Origin: an uncultured Spirochaetaceae bacterium
GTDB taxonomy: Bacteria; Spirochaetota; Spirochaetia; Sphaerochaetales; Sphaerochaetaceae
Direction of reading: 5' to 3'
Assembly (NCBI GenBank): GCA_944389055.1
Contig: CALXKY010000001.1
Location: 1-60,595, forward strand
Length of the DNA: 60,595 nt
In this document: positions 48,090 through 56,730 of the stretch, in pieces
How positions within the stretch are numbered: the first letter of the stretch is position 1
How the letters are laid out: each line of letters begins with the position of its first letter
Notes under the pieces: model-generated
Databases searched by the model: none
Told to the model about the DNA's origin: nothing
Seen by the model: only the letters and a program-made list of their open reading frames with translations
Made by a program: the position numbers and the translations under genes

Positions 48090-48820
48090 CTGATCTCCTT
48101 GTCAAAATCCCTTCCGAAGTAGATTTCCCTGGCTTCATCGTTGCTCAGAAGCTCTTCCTTTGTCCCCGATACAAGGATTTCCCCGTCGGAGATTATGTGC
48201 GCTGTCGTGGTTATCTCAAGCGTATCGCGCACGTTGTGGTCGGTTATGAGGATGCCGATCCCGGATGCCGCAAGGCGTCTGATGATCTGCTTGATCTCAT
48301 AGACTGCCTTCGGGTCTATTCCTGCAAAAGGCTCGTCGAGAAGGAGGAATTTAGGGGACGTCGCAAGCGATCTTGCTATCTCCGTCCTTCTCCTTTCTCC
48401 TCCTGATAGCGTGTAGCCGTACTGCTTCCTGACTTTCTCAAGGCCGAAGTCGGATATGAGTTTCTCATGCATGTCCTGCCGTTCTGACTTCGTCATGTGC
48501 TTCTGCGTCTGCAGCACAAGGCGGATGTTGTCATCGACTGATAGCTTGCGGAATATGGAGGCTTCCTGGGGAAGGTACGCCAGCCCGAGCCGTGAACGCT
48601 TGTGCATGGGCAGGGCAGTGATATTCTGCCCGTCGATCATGACTTCTCCTCCATCGGCTTTGATGAATCCTACGATCATATAGAATGAAGTGGTCTTTCC
48701 GGCACCATTCGGGCCGAGCAGACCAGTTATATCGCCGGACTGCATGGAGAAGGAGACGTTTTTCACGACATGCTTCTTCCCGTAGAACTTTGAGAGATGA
48801 TTGACAGCCAGCTCAGCCAT
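48086..48820 (-). CDS. lptB: LPS export ABC transporter ATP-binding protein
   Basis: Walker A GPNGAGKTT, signature LSGGERRR and Walker B LLLDEPF. Located directly upstream of rpoN, as in proteobacteria. Confidence 0.88.
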   Translation of the reverse strand: MAELAVNHLSKFYGKKHVVKNVSFSMQSGDITGLLGPNGAGKTTSFYMIVGFIKADGGEVMIDGQNITALPMHKRSRLGLAYLPQEASIFRKLSVDDNIRLVLQTQKHMTKSERQDMHEKLISDFGLEKVRKQYGYTLSGGERRRTEIARSLATSPKFLLLDEPFAGIDPKAVYEIKQIIRRLAASGIGILITDHNVRDTLEITTTAHIISDGEILVSGTKEELLSNDEAREIYFGRDFDKEIR

Positions 48821-49439
48821 TTATGGTTCCCCTGATCCTTCCGTCAAGCGTGATGCTTTCCGTATCGAGGTCAACGCTGATGACCTCTGCCTCATACCTG
48901 TCCCCGCCCCACACGACAGAAGCGGATCCGCGCATCTGCAGTGTATTGCTGCCGCGTGAGAATATCACGCTTTCAGCATTGCACCTCATTATTCCATTAT
49001 CCTCTGTGTCCCTGAGGAGCGTCACATCCTTGTCCAGCTGCAGCCTCTCTTCGGACAGCAGATATTCCATCGAGGCTCCGGTTGCCGTTACGCCGTTCTC
49101 CGTGTCATTGACCTCATACCATGAGGAGATGAGTATCCTTTCATCCGTCCTGTCGTACCAGATGGATGAAGTCAGGATCGATATGCCTCTTTCCTCATCG
49201 ACTACGGAGGCATGACCGCTGCATGTGACGTATCTCCAGCCGTCGCCGGAGAGCGTGATCGAGTCAGCGTTGATGCTCATGGTCCCGACAGTCACCGAAG
49301 CACCATCGGAAAGCACTACGCTCTCCCTCCCGTTCCGCAGGACGATTGAGCTCTCGCCGCCTGAGAAAGAAATGCTGTCCGCATTGAGTGCGCCGGCCGC
49401 CATGGCTGCAGCAAGTGCCAGTATGATAAACCGTCTCAT
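48813..49439 (-). CDS. lptA: OstA/LptA-like periplasmic protein
   Basis: Signal peptide and repetitive beta-jellyroll-like sequence. Position between lptC-like and lptB. Confidence 0.55.
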   Translation of the reverse strand: MRRFIILALAAAMAAGALNADSISFSGGESSIVLRNGRESVVLSDGASVTVGTMSINADSITLSGDGWRYVTCSGHASVVDEERGISILTSSIWYDRTDERILISSWYEVNDTENGVTATGASMEYLLSEERLQLDKDVTLLRDTEDNGIMRCNAESVIFSRGSNTLQMRGSASVVWGGDRYEAEVISVDLDTESITLDGRIRGTING

Positions 49440-49966
49440 AGCTCGAAGACTCCTTCTGATATCGTTCTGAAGGCGTAAGCTTCCTCCTTCAGGTCACCAC
49501 GGAATCCTGTCCCCCTGAATGTGCCGTCATCAGAGCTTACAAGCACATCCCCATCCGCTTCGACTTCCCCGTTCTCGCTGTCGAACATGAGTGTATCCGC
49601 CTCAATCGTCATATTGCCATCCGAAGCCCTGAGCTTCACATTCCCTTCGAGCATCATGCGCTTCGTGTCGGTCTCGATGTCCCCATGGTCCGCAGATCCT
49701 TCGACAGATGGGTTCCCTTCCTCATCATAGGATATGAAAGTGACATCCTCCACGACAGCACGGCTGTCCTTCGAGTAGAGCAGCATCCTGCTGCTTTCGA
49801 TGTATACAGGACGCTCACCGCTCTGCCCGAGCGTGTAGCGTGCGCCTGTGAGGGAGATGTCGGGATATTCGCCTTTCTCATGCGCCTCATCTTCCTCCCC
49901 GCGGCTGAATGAGCATGAGGAGAGGAGAATCGCTGCCGCCAGAATGAGGAGAAGCAGCTTTCTCAA
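49436..49966 (-). CDS. lptC: LptC-like lipoprotein
   Basis: LLSSC lipobox, size and position upstream of the lptA-like gene. Confidence 0.5.
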   Translation of the reverse strand: MRKLLLLILAAAILLSSCSFSRGEEDEAHEKGEYPDISLTGARYTLGQSGERPVYIESSRMLLYSKDSRAVVEDVTFISYDEEGNPSVEGSADHGDIETDTKRMMLEGNVKLRASDGNMTIEADTLMFDSENGEVEADGDVLVSSDDGTFRGTGFRGDLKEEAYAFRTISEGVFEL

Positions 49967-50370
49967 TCTTCACCATCCTTTCTGCTTATGACGACAGGGG
50001 AGTACTTCTTTCTGTTCTTCCTGAAGTACAGGGCCGCTATTACGAATCCGAGGGCGACACCGAGAAGCGATGAGATGAGCTGCACTCCCTGGCTGTCAGA
50101 TATGAGAGATCCGATGATGTAGCCGGGAATGAACATGATGAGGGGGAGGCCGAAGCTCATGAATACCGTGAAGAGCGTCTTCCCGGTCGGCATGTCTATC
50201 ACAGCCTGGTCGCCTTTCTCCAGTTTTATCCCATCCGGGTTCAGTACATCGAATGAAGCCTTCTTCGATGTGCAGAAGAGGGAGGATCTGCATCCTTCGC
50301 ACATTGATCTGTCACATCCTGCCGTGATGACTCCGTTCTTATTGTCCTGGATCGTAACTACCTGCTTCAT
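49963..50370 (-). CDS. rseC: RseC/MucC-family membrane protein
   Basis: N-terminal Cys-rich CDRSMCEGCRSSLFC followed by two TM helices. Confidence 0.7.
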   Translation of the reverse strand: MKQVVTIQDNKNGVITAGCDRSMCEGCRSSLFCTSKKASFDVLNPDGIKLEKGDQAVIDMPTGKTLFTVFMSFGLPLIMFIPGYIIGSLISDSQGVQLISSLLGVALGFVIAALYFRKNRKKYSPVVISRKDGED

Positions 50371-51188
50371 CCCTGATTCCCTGCCGGTTCCTTTATTGTA
50401 ACATGCTTTACGATGCGTGTAATGTCCTCAGCCCTGCCTGTGGATTCGTCAATCGTGACTGCTACGCCTTCTATCACGCCATCATTCCAGCATTCCCTGC
50501 TTCTTACAGGCAGCTGTGACTTCAGCTTCTGTATCTCCGTTTCCGGATCGAATCCGCCTGCGGAGAGGAATGAACCGACTCTCCCGATATCCGTTATATA
50601 TGCAGTTCCCTTCCCGGTCACATCCTCATCGGCTGTTATGACCTTTGAGTGGGTGCCGATCACTGCGGCCACCCTGCCATCAAGATAGAACTTCATCGTC
50701 TTCTTCTCCGCAGTCGTCTCTGCATGGAAGATCACGATCGGTATCTCATTGCTTCCGCTTTCCGAGATTTTCTTGAGGATCCCGTCAATCGCGAAGAAAG
50801 CGTTCTGGATATTCTGTCTCGGAAAGTTAGAATTTCCCTGCAGGTTTATGATCACGAATCTGCCGTCGCCGATGGTCACATGCCTGAAGCCCCTGCCTGG
50901 GCACTGAGGCGGATAGTTCGCCGGACGGAGGATGAAACCTGCCTTGGGGATGAAATCGACCATATCCAGCTTGTAGAAAAGCTTCTCGGCTCCGGTGACT
51001 GTGTCCACGCCGAGCTTTGAAAGCTGCAGCGAATGGGCTTTCCCGATGCCGAAGCCATTCGTCATGCCCTCACCGTTCGCTATCGTGTAATCTATGCTGT
51101 ATTCGGTCCTGAGCTCAGCAAGCCCGTTCTTGAGCGCTGCGATGCCAGGCCTGCCTGTTATCTCGCCGAGGAAGAGTATTCTTACCAT
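50367..51188 (-). CDS. ymdB: YmdB-family metallophosphoesterase (2',3'-cyclic-nucleotide phosphodiesterase-like)
   Basis: MVRILFLGEITGRPG..ANGEGMTNGFG is typical of TIGR00282-type proteins. I used the internal Met. Confidence 0.8.
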   Translation of the reverse strand: MVRILFLGEITGRPGIAALKNGLAELRTEYSIDYTIANGEGMTNGFGIGKAHSLQLSKLGVDTVTGAEKLFYKLDMVDFIPKAGFILRPANYPPQCPGRGFRHVTIGDGRFVIINLQGNSNFPRQNIQNAFFAIDGILKKISESGSNEIPIVIFHAETTAEKKTMKFYLDGRVAAVIGTHSKVITADEDVTGKGTAYITDIGRVGSFLSAGGFDPETEIQKLKSQLPVRSRECWNDGVIEGVAVTIDESTGRAEDITRIVKHVTIKEPAGNQG

Positions 51189-51291
51189 GAGAGTGAGCAT
51201 AACGAAAGAGGCGCTAAGTGGCAATCTTCGCATATGTATTTTACGCGTGCTTGCATAGAATGGAATTCATCTGTAATATTCTGTCTGTTAC

Positions 51292-51374
51292 GCGCAGGTG
51301 GCGGAACTGGTAGACGCGCTAGTTTCAGGTACTAGTTCCCACAAGGAATGGGGGTTCGAGTCCCCCTCTGCGCA
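51292..51374 (+). tRNA. tRNA-Leu (anticodon CAG)
   Basis: Folded by hand. Acceptor GCGCAGG/TCTGCGC, anticodon stem CTAGT/ACTAG with loop TTCAGGT, long variable arm TTCCCACAAGGAATG, and T-arm GGGGG-TTCGAGT-CCCCC. CCA is not encoded. Confidence 0.9.
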
Positions 51375-51378
51375 TCGT

Positions 51379-51421
51379 GAGGCTGCAGAGGAAGTCTTTC
51401 CTTAGCAGCCTCTTTCTGTTT
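51379..51421 (+). terminator. intrinsic terminator after tRNA-Leu
   Basis: Stem GAGGCTGC / GCAGCCTC (51379-51386 / 51405-51412) followed by TTTCTGTTTT. Confidence 0.7.
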
Positions 51422-51457
51422 TATTACGGAATTCAGGGATATCACGGTGTACCAGCA

Positions 51458-52375
51458 TCAGTTTTCATAACACTCAGATTCATCATCCTGAGGCTGAGCG
51501 ATATTCTCAAACGAGGCTGAGAGCGTGCTGAATCCCAGATTGATTGTGCCATGGTGGCCATTGTTGTTTTTCGCAACTATGGCTTTTGCCATCTGAACGC
51601 ATGTTCTTCCATCATCATCATCATCGCGTTCAGGGGGTATGTGAATGTTCCTTTCGAGGAAAATGACTGTATCAGCGACTCTGGTAATCCTTTCTGCAGT
51701 ACATCTGCTGCAATCGGCAAAGCCTGCTTGTGTCTCCTGCTTGTGTTCTTTCCAGGAACCTTGGAACGTGATAACAACCGGAATATCAAGTTCCATGGCA
51801 AGATCTTTGAGTTCTTCCGTGATGATCTGATACTGTTCAGTGGTGATGGCATCGACATCATCTATGATGATGATGCAATTCACTGATTCATTATAATGCA
51901 GTCTTCTGGCAATTGCCTTAAGTGTCTCGATTCGGATCCTCGGAATATCAACGAAATAAAGTGAGTCAGATTCGTATATGATATCTGCAGCATTCATTAC
52001 ACGATCAAATTCATCTTCACCAGATAAATTTGCCTCTGAAATATGCTTCAGTGGAAGATGTGCAATACTTGCAATGAGTCTTTTTGCAATATTACTCACT
52101 GGTTCTTCAGGAGAGAAGAACAGGATTTTCGTATCATCTTTGATCATATTGCGGATCAGGGAGATTGCAAATGCGGTTTTTCCTGTTGAATGAGCAGCTC
52201 CGATAGCGATTAATTCCTTGCAATAGAACCCACCGCCTAAGCAATGGTCGAGTGCAGAAAATCCAGTGCTGGGTGCTGAAGAGGGGAGGCTGCCCTCCAT
52301 TATACGCAATATGTTATTCATACAATTGGTTATTGCTTCTTTTGCTGAGTATTTACTTAATAGTTCAGAATCCAT
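51458..52375 (-). CDS. DnaB C-terminal-domain-only RecA-fold ATPase
   Basis: TGFSALDHCLGGGFYCKELIAIGAAHSTGKTAFAISL (DnaB_C entry plus Walker A) and IIIIDDVD Walker B. It lacks the DnaB N-terminal domain. Confidence 0.65.
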   Translation of the reverse strand: MDSELLSKYSAKEAITNCMNNILRIMEGSLPSSAPSTGFSALDHCLGGGFYCKELIAIGAAHSTGKTAFAISLIRNMIKDDTKILFFSPEEPVSNIAKRLIASIAHLPLKHISEANLSGEDEFDRVMNAADIIYESDSLYFVDIPRIRIETLKAIARRLHYNESVNCIIIIDDVDAITTEQYQIITEELKDLAMELDIPVVITFQGSWKEHKQETQAGFADCSRCTAERITRVADTVIFLERNIHIPPERDDDDDGRTCVQMAKAIVAKNNNGHHGTINLGFSTLSASFENIAQPQDDESECYEN

Positions 52376-52849
52376 GTTCTTATTGCCCCCATTCTTTGGA
52401 TTTTCTTATTGGCTGTATCTGGTATAGAGGGGATTATCCGGCAAAGTCATGACAGAAGCTGGCACATTATCTGTGGTCAGCAGATGAAGCCCATGAAAAA
52501 CAGCTGAATACGTATGGCATTTCTGACTAACGATTCTGCGTCTCCTGTTAAAACACGATAACATGCTGTGATTGCGATGAGCAGAAAAGGGCTAAATGGT
52601 ATTGAAGAAGCCGTCCTCTTTCTCCGTTTCCGTTCTTCTCAATGATCAGCTTTACAATCTGCAATGAATTGATGCCATCCCCGCTGGAATGCAATGCTGG
52701 TTAACCTTATCCGGGTTTCTGCAGAGATGAAGGAAAAGAACAGCATTACTATCATCGGCAACTGAATGCAAATTAACCGGTATTGATTCTCTTCTGCCAG
52801 CTCTTGTCATAGTTGCGGCATATTCTTCATTTATCAGAGGATAAAGAGG

Positions 52850-53254
52850 ATGAGGCTGAATAATTACTTTGGGGCTGGCATGATTCTCTACACCAAGAAT
52901 CTAAAGGGAGCCATCCATGTCCTTCTGGAAAAGAGAGCCGATGACCATACATGGGCTATTCCAGGAGGTGCTCTTGATGATCTGGAAGACTACAAAGAGG
53001 CAGCAATCAGAGAAACATTTGAAGAGACTGGGATCTCTATTGACTCTGCATGGTGCGTAAACCGCTATCAGCTGCCTTATTTCTCATATTGGGTATATGC
53101 CTCCAGACTTGAAAAACAGCAGACACCCTTAAAGAACTGGGAATCAGATGCAATTGAATGGTTTGCAGCAGACGATCTTCCAGAAGGCATGAACTGGATG
53201 ACAAGAATAGAAATCGAGGACTTCATCAGAAAGGAGAAAAAGCATGTGGAGTGA
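52850..53254 (+). CDS. Nudix hydrolase (copy 1)
   Basis: Intact Nudix box G-ALDDL-E-DYKEAAI-RETFEETGI, with AAAGAGG as RBS. Confidence 0.85.
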   Translation: MRLNNYFGAGMILYTKNLKGAIHVLLEKRADDHTWAIPGGALDDLEDYKEAAIRETFEETGISIDSAWCVNRYQLPYFSYWVYASRLEKQQTPLKNWESDAIEWFAADDLPEGMNWMTRIEIEDFIRKEKKHVE

Positions 53255-53519
53255 AGAACTGAGGAGAATGACAATCGAGCATTTCGGAGATTCCGGAGCG
53301 ACGATACTTAAGACCGTGGTGAATGGGAAATATTCTTTTGCTGTTGGTTTCGACAGGGATATCTATATCACTGATAGGGCTAAGTCGCTTATTCCTGAAA
53401 GCGAGAAGGGCAAGCGCTACTTCATTTTCACTATGGATGGCTACAGCAGACCTGCAGCTTTCCTTAAGGCATATGATTTCATCGAAAATCTTGTTGAAGA
53501 TGGCTGGGCAATCGACTGA
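53244..53519 (+). CDS. 91-aa protein of unknown function, translationally coupled to Nudix copy 1
   Basis: The ATG lies inside the Nudix 3' end, behind AAAGGAG. A paralogue follows Nudix copy 2. Confidence 0.65.
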   Translation: MWSEELRRMTIEHFGDSGATILKTVVNGKYSFAVGFDRDIYITDRAKSLIPESEKGKRYFIFTMDGYSRPAAFLKAYDFIENLVEDGWAID

Positions 53520-53527
53520 GGACAAAC

Positions 53528-54832
53528 ATGAACAAATCAATCAGCGATTATTACAGAACGATTATCTCATGGAAGGATCTCTCCAGGAGGGAGGCGGAGG
53601 AAGCTCTGTTTGCTGCAATCAGAAATGGGGATGCGGATCTTATAAGAGCCTGTGAAGGTAAGCTTCCTACTGATGAAAATGAATGGGATGATCACGAAGG
53701 GGAAGTTTATCCCATGCGTTTTGCTCTCAGGGAAATGGCACATACCTCGGCCCTTGAAGCCTTGATTGATATTGGGTTCACTCTTCCTGGAGGACCTGAT
53801 GTCACGCCGTTCTCAGGCACTTCTGAGGAGATTGTCACATTCCTCATGAAGGCAAAGAATCTGGATAGGAAGGAAGCTGTCAGGAATCATATATACAGCA
53901 CCGCATACTATCTTGATGTTTTTGCCAAAGGATATTCATATTTTCGGATTCCATTCCATCTTAAGCCTGAAGATATCTTTGAGCCCGGTTTCTACGCTTA
54001 CCTCAATGCCTGGATAATTGATTTCGCAATGCTCTGTGAAAAGGAAAATGAAGATGGAGCAGGAGACAATAACCCATTTTATAATCTGGGAACTGTCATC
54101 AGGGTATGTGCAGAAGAGGAAAAGCTGCTGGACGCTCTTAAAGCCTTCATAGATGGAGGCATTGCAAGCCAGTATGATATCGGATGGCTGATGAGCCACG
54201 CTATCTGGAATGACAATGAGAAAGCTTTTGATCTTCTTCTGGAAATTGCAAGCCGGGAAGATATTGAGAATATCAATATGTATCCAAGAAAAAGCATAAA
54301 ACTTCTCAATCGTCTTTTTGATATGAATGTGCTTATACCTGGTTCAGACAAAGCCTTTGATGCCTTTGAGTATTTTTTTCACTGGAGAGATTATGACGGA
54401 TTAGATAAGGAGATACTTAAAGCAACAATGCATCCAGGTTATGTGGAAAAAGAAGGTTTCCTGCCGAATCTGGCAGCTGTGCAGAGGCCTATTCCTGTTG
54501 ACTATTATCCCATATTTTCTCCTACAAAGGCGGCAATGAATGCACGTAATGATAAAGGCAGAACCATACTATATTACTATGCAGTCAGCTATCCTTATTG
54601 CATTGAAGAACTGCTGCCGGCAGGAGCCGACCCATATGATGTCGATGGTAAAGGAAACAGTGTGCTGCATGTCATGATCCGTGACGGAGACTATGCTGTT
54701 GATATGTCTGACTTCAAGGAAGTGGTTAAGTTCCTGCCTGAAGATATCATCTACAGCAAGAACAATGAAGGAAAGACTCCGATTGATTTATTTACAGAAC
54801 TTCTGACAAAGAAGGATGATGAGGCTGAGTAA
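53528..54832 (+). CDS. ankyrin-repeat-containing protein (434 aa)
   Basis: ANK-like units: LFAAIRNGDADLIRAC, NARNDKGRTILYYYAV..LLPAGADPYDVDGKGNSVLHVMIRDG and NNEGKTPIDL. Starts 8 nt after the preceding gene. Confidence 0.65.
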   Translation: MNKSISDYYRTIISWKDLSRREAEEALFAAIRNGDADLIRACEGKLPTDENEWDDHEGEVYPMRFALREMAHTSALEALIDIGFTLPGGPDVTPFSGTSEEIVTFLMKAKNLDRKEAVRNHIYSTAYYLDVFAKGYSYFRIPFHLKPEDIFEPGFYAYLNAWIIDFAMLCEKENEDGAGDNNPFYNLGTVIRVCAEEEKLLDALKAFIDGGIASQYDIGWLMSHAIWNDNEKAFDLLLEIASREDIENINMYPRKSIKLLNRLFDMNVLIPGSDKAFDAFEYFFHWRDYDGLDKEILKATMHPGYVEKEGFLPNLAAVQRPIPVDYYPIFSPTKAAMNARNDKGRTILYYYAVSYPYCIEELLPAGADPYDVDGKGNSVLHVMIRDGDYAVDMSDFKEVVKFLPEDIIYSKNNEGKTPIDLFTELLTKKDDEAE

Positions 54833-54839
54833 TCAGCCT

Positions 54840-55604
54840 TCATGCCTCATCCTTTCCGAATCCGAAACCTCTTCCATTGATTGAGAAACAGGCATGAGGC
54901 TCATCATCGGTATTTATGTCAAAAAGGAACTTTTCCTTGCCATTCTTTTCAACAGTTATTCTCTTTGGCGGAATGAAGAAGAATCCTGTCCTTTCAGGAC
55001 GCACGTATAGAGTGTTCACATCAGCCGTGCTTTCTGGCAGAGGATAGGTAAATACGATAAATGCAATTCCGTATTTCCTTGCAACCGCTTTTATTGCACT
55101 GTCAAAATCCGTATATCCTTTCTCTCTGGATTCAGCGTCGATATATGGGCGTGGGTGAAGGGATGAAAGAAGTATAAGCCTATAGCCTTTCCTGGCAAGG
55201 ATTTCAAATTCATCCTCCAGTTCGCAGAATCTCTTTGCCCTGACCCTTTTCGACAATACTGATCGGGATGAAAGTCTTTCGAGAAGCTTTTCCTCTGAGC
55301 CATACACTTCACCAAGGGTAGTGAAAAGCACTTCATCGAGAACTTCCTTTCCTTCTTCGTCTCCAGAAAGCATTGCCATTGGCTTGTAGTCAAATAGTGC
55401 ATCACGGATCAGATCAAAAGCGAACAGATGTGAGAAAATGAGGGTATTCAGATAGACAACCTCACCAGGTCTGATTTCAGGCAATACAGGATTGCCTGTC
55501 TCAATTGAAGATGATATAGACTTCCATTTATCCAGATCTTCTGGATATGTGTAGTCGATTGTGTCTGTCAGTTTTCCCCATATTGCTGAGAATCTGTCTA
55601 TCAT
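54840..55604 (-). CDS. hypothetical protein (254 aa), no recognisable domain
   Basis: Long ORF with AGGAG 9 nt upstream of the ATG. Divergent from the WYL regulator gene. Confidence 0.55.
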   Translation of the reverse strand: MIDRFSAIWGKLTDTIDYTYPEDLDKWKSISSSIETGNPVLPEIRPGEVVYLNTLIFSHLFAFDLIRDALFDYKPMAMLSGDEEGKEVLDEVLFTTLGEVYGSEEKLLERLSSRSVLSKRVRAKRFCELEDEFEILARKGYRLILLSSLHPRPYIDAESREKGYTDFDSAIKAVARKYGIAFIVFTYPLPESTADVNTLYVRPERTGFFFIPPKRITVEKNGKEKFLFDINTDDEPHACFSINGRGFGFGKDEA

Positions 55605-55620
55605 ATGATTGGTCTCCTTA

Positions 55621-55665
55621 TTGAATGCATAAATGTTGAATGCCTGTTATGCCATATGCTGACAG
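55621..55665. promoter_or_regulatory. direct repeats and a palindromic heptamer in the divergent promoter region upstream of the WYL regulator
   Basis: TTGAATGC at 55621-55628 and again at 55636-55643. CTGACAG at 55659-55665. Confidence 0.3.
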
Positions 55666-55689
55666 AGTTTGGAAAACAGCAGATAATGA

Positions 55690-56730
55690 ATGCAGGAAAA
55701 GAAACAGATGGCTTCAGACGACTTGGCAACAAAACTCGGGATTGCAACATACATCGGGAATGGAAATGGACGTTCAATCCAGGATATTGCGGATCACTTC
55801 GGGATTTCGGTAAGGACCGCCTATCGTTTCCTCGACAGGCTTCAGGCAGAAGGCTATCCGCTTACGAATGAAGAGAGAAGAAGCGGCAGGGAAAAGCTCT
55901 GGACGATGCTTGATCTGAATAGCGATAAGTACGGCAACGCATTGCCATCATCCGAGTTCTCATACGAGGAGCGCATCCTGCTTCACTATATCCTGGCAGA
56001 GCTGAAGAAGAGCGAGGATATTCTTCCATCATTCAAGTCCGTAAGGCATAAGCTTGCTACGATGCTCAGCCAGAAATCGGTGGCTTTCCCGTCTCTTGAT
56101 TATTCCAGGAATATCTCCAGGAAGCTGTTCCCGATTGAGAGCATCAGCTCTATCAGCAAGATCGCAACAAAAGAAACACAGCTTATCGTCAAGCAGATAC
56201 TGAAAGCTATCAATGGGCAGAAACGCATCAGCATGACTTACCATGTTCCGAACAAAGCTGCCGCACTTGAGGTGGAAAACACCACTCCAGTTTTTGCATT
56301 CTTCTATGACGGTGGGATGTATCTGCAGACGCTTCTTGAAGATGGAGCACTAAGGACATACGCAATTGAGAGGATCGAAACAGTCAGTATTCTCAATGAC
56401 ACTGTCGCCTTGAAGCCTGACTTCGACCCTTGCATTCCTCTGACAGATCCCTTCGGGCCTTTTATTGGCAGAGAGAGAATAGAGGCTAAGGTCTGGATAG
56501 CTCCGGAGCAGGTGCAGTATGTCAAAGAGCGTAAATGGCCGGAGAGCGTCACGATCAGAGATAACGAAGACGGTTCGGCTGTTTTCGAAGCAGCAACCTA
56601 TGGAGAATGGGAGTTCGTGAACTGGCTGCTCTCAATGCGTGCACAGGCAAAGCTTCTTGAGCCTGAATGGCTGAGACGCAAAGTCTCATCTATTCTCGAT
56701 CAGACTTCTGCTCTGTATCACAATCTATGA
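55690..56730 (+). CDS. HTH-WYL-domain transcriptional regulator (BrxR/CapW/PafBC-like architecture)
   Basis: N-terminal SIQDIADHFGISVRTAYRFLDRLQAEG HTH and a central WYL-like ISMTYHV...FFYDGGMYLQTLLEDGALRTYAIERIETVSIL, plus a C-terminal WCX-like extension. The start may be ATG 55708. Confidence 0.8.
   Translation: MQEKKQMASDDLATKLGIATYIGNGNGRSIQDIADHFGISVRTAYRFLDRLQAEGYPLTNEERRSGREKLWTMLDLNSDKYGNALPSSEFSYEERILLHYILAELKKSEDILPSFKSVRHKLATMLSQKSVAFPSLDYSRNISRKLFPIESISSISKIATKETQLIVKQILKAINGQKRISMTYHVPNKAAALEVENTTPVFAFFYDGGMYLQTLLEDGALRTYAIERIETVSILNDTVALKPDFDPCIPLTDPFGPFIGRERIEAKVWIAPEQVQYVKERKWPESVTIRDNEDGSAVFEAATYGEWEFVNWLLSMRAQAKLLEPEWLRRKVSSILDQTSALYHNL

Noticed and set aside
52460-52476. 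TGGCAC, resembling the -24 element of a sigma-54 promoter. This was of interest because rpoN is in the window.
   Set aside because: The sequence 5 nt downstream is CTGTG, not the TTGC(A/T) -12 element. Other TGGCAC/TGGCAT hits lie inside genes and also lack a -12 box.
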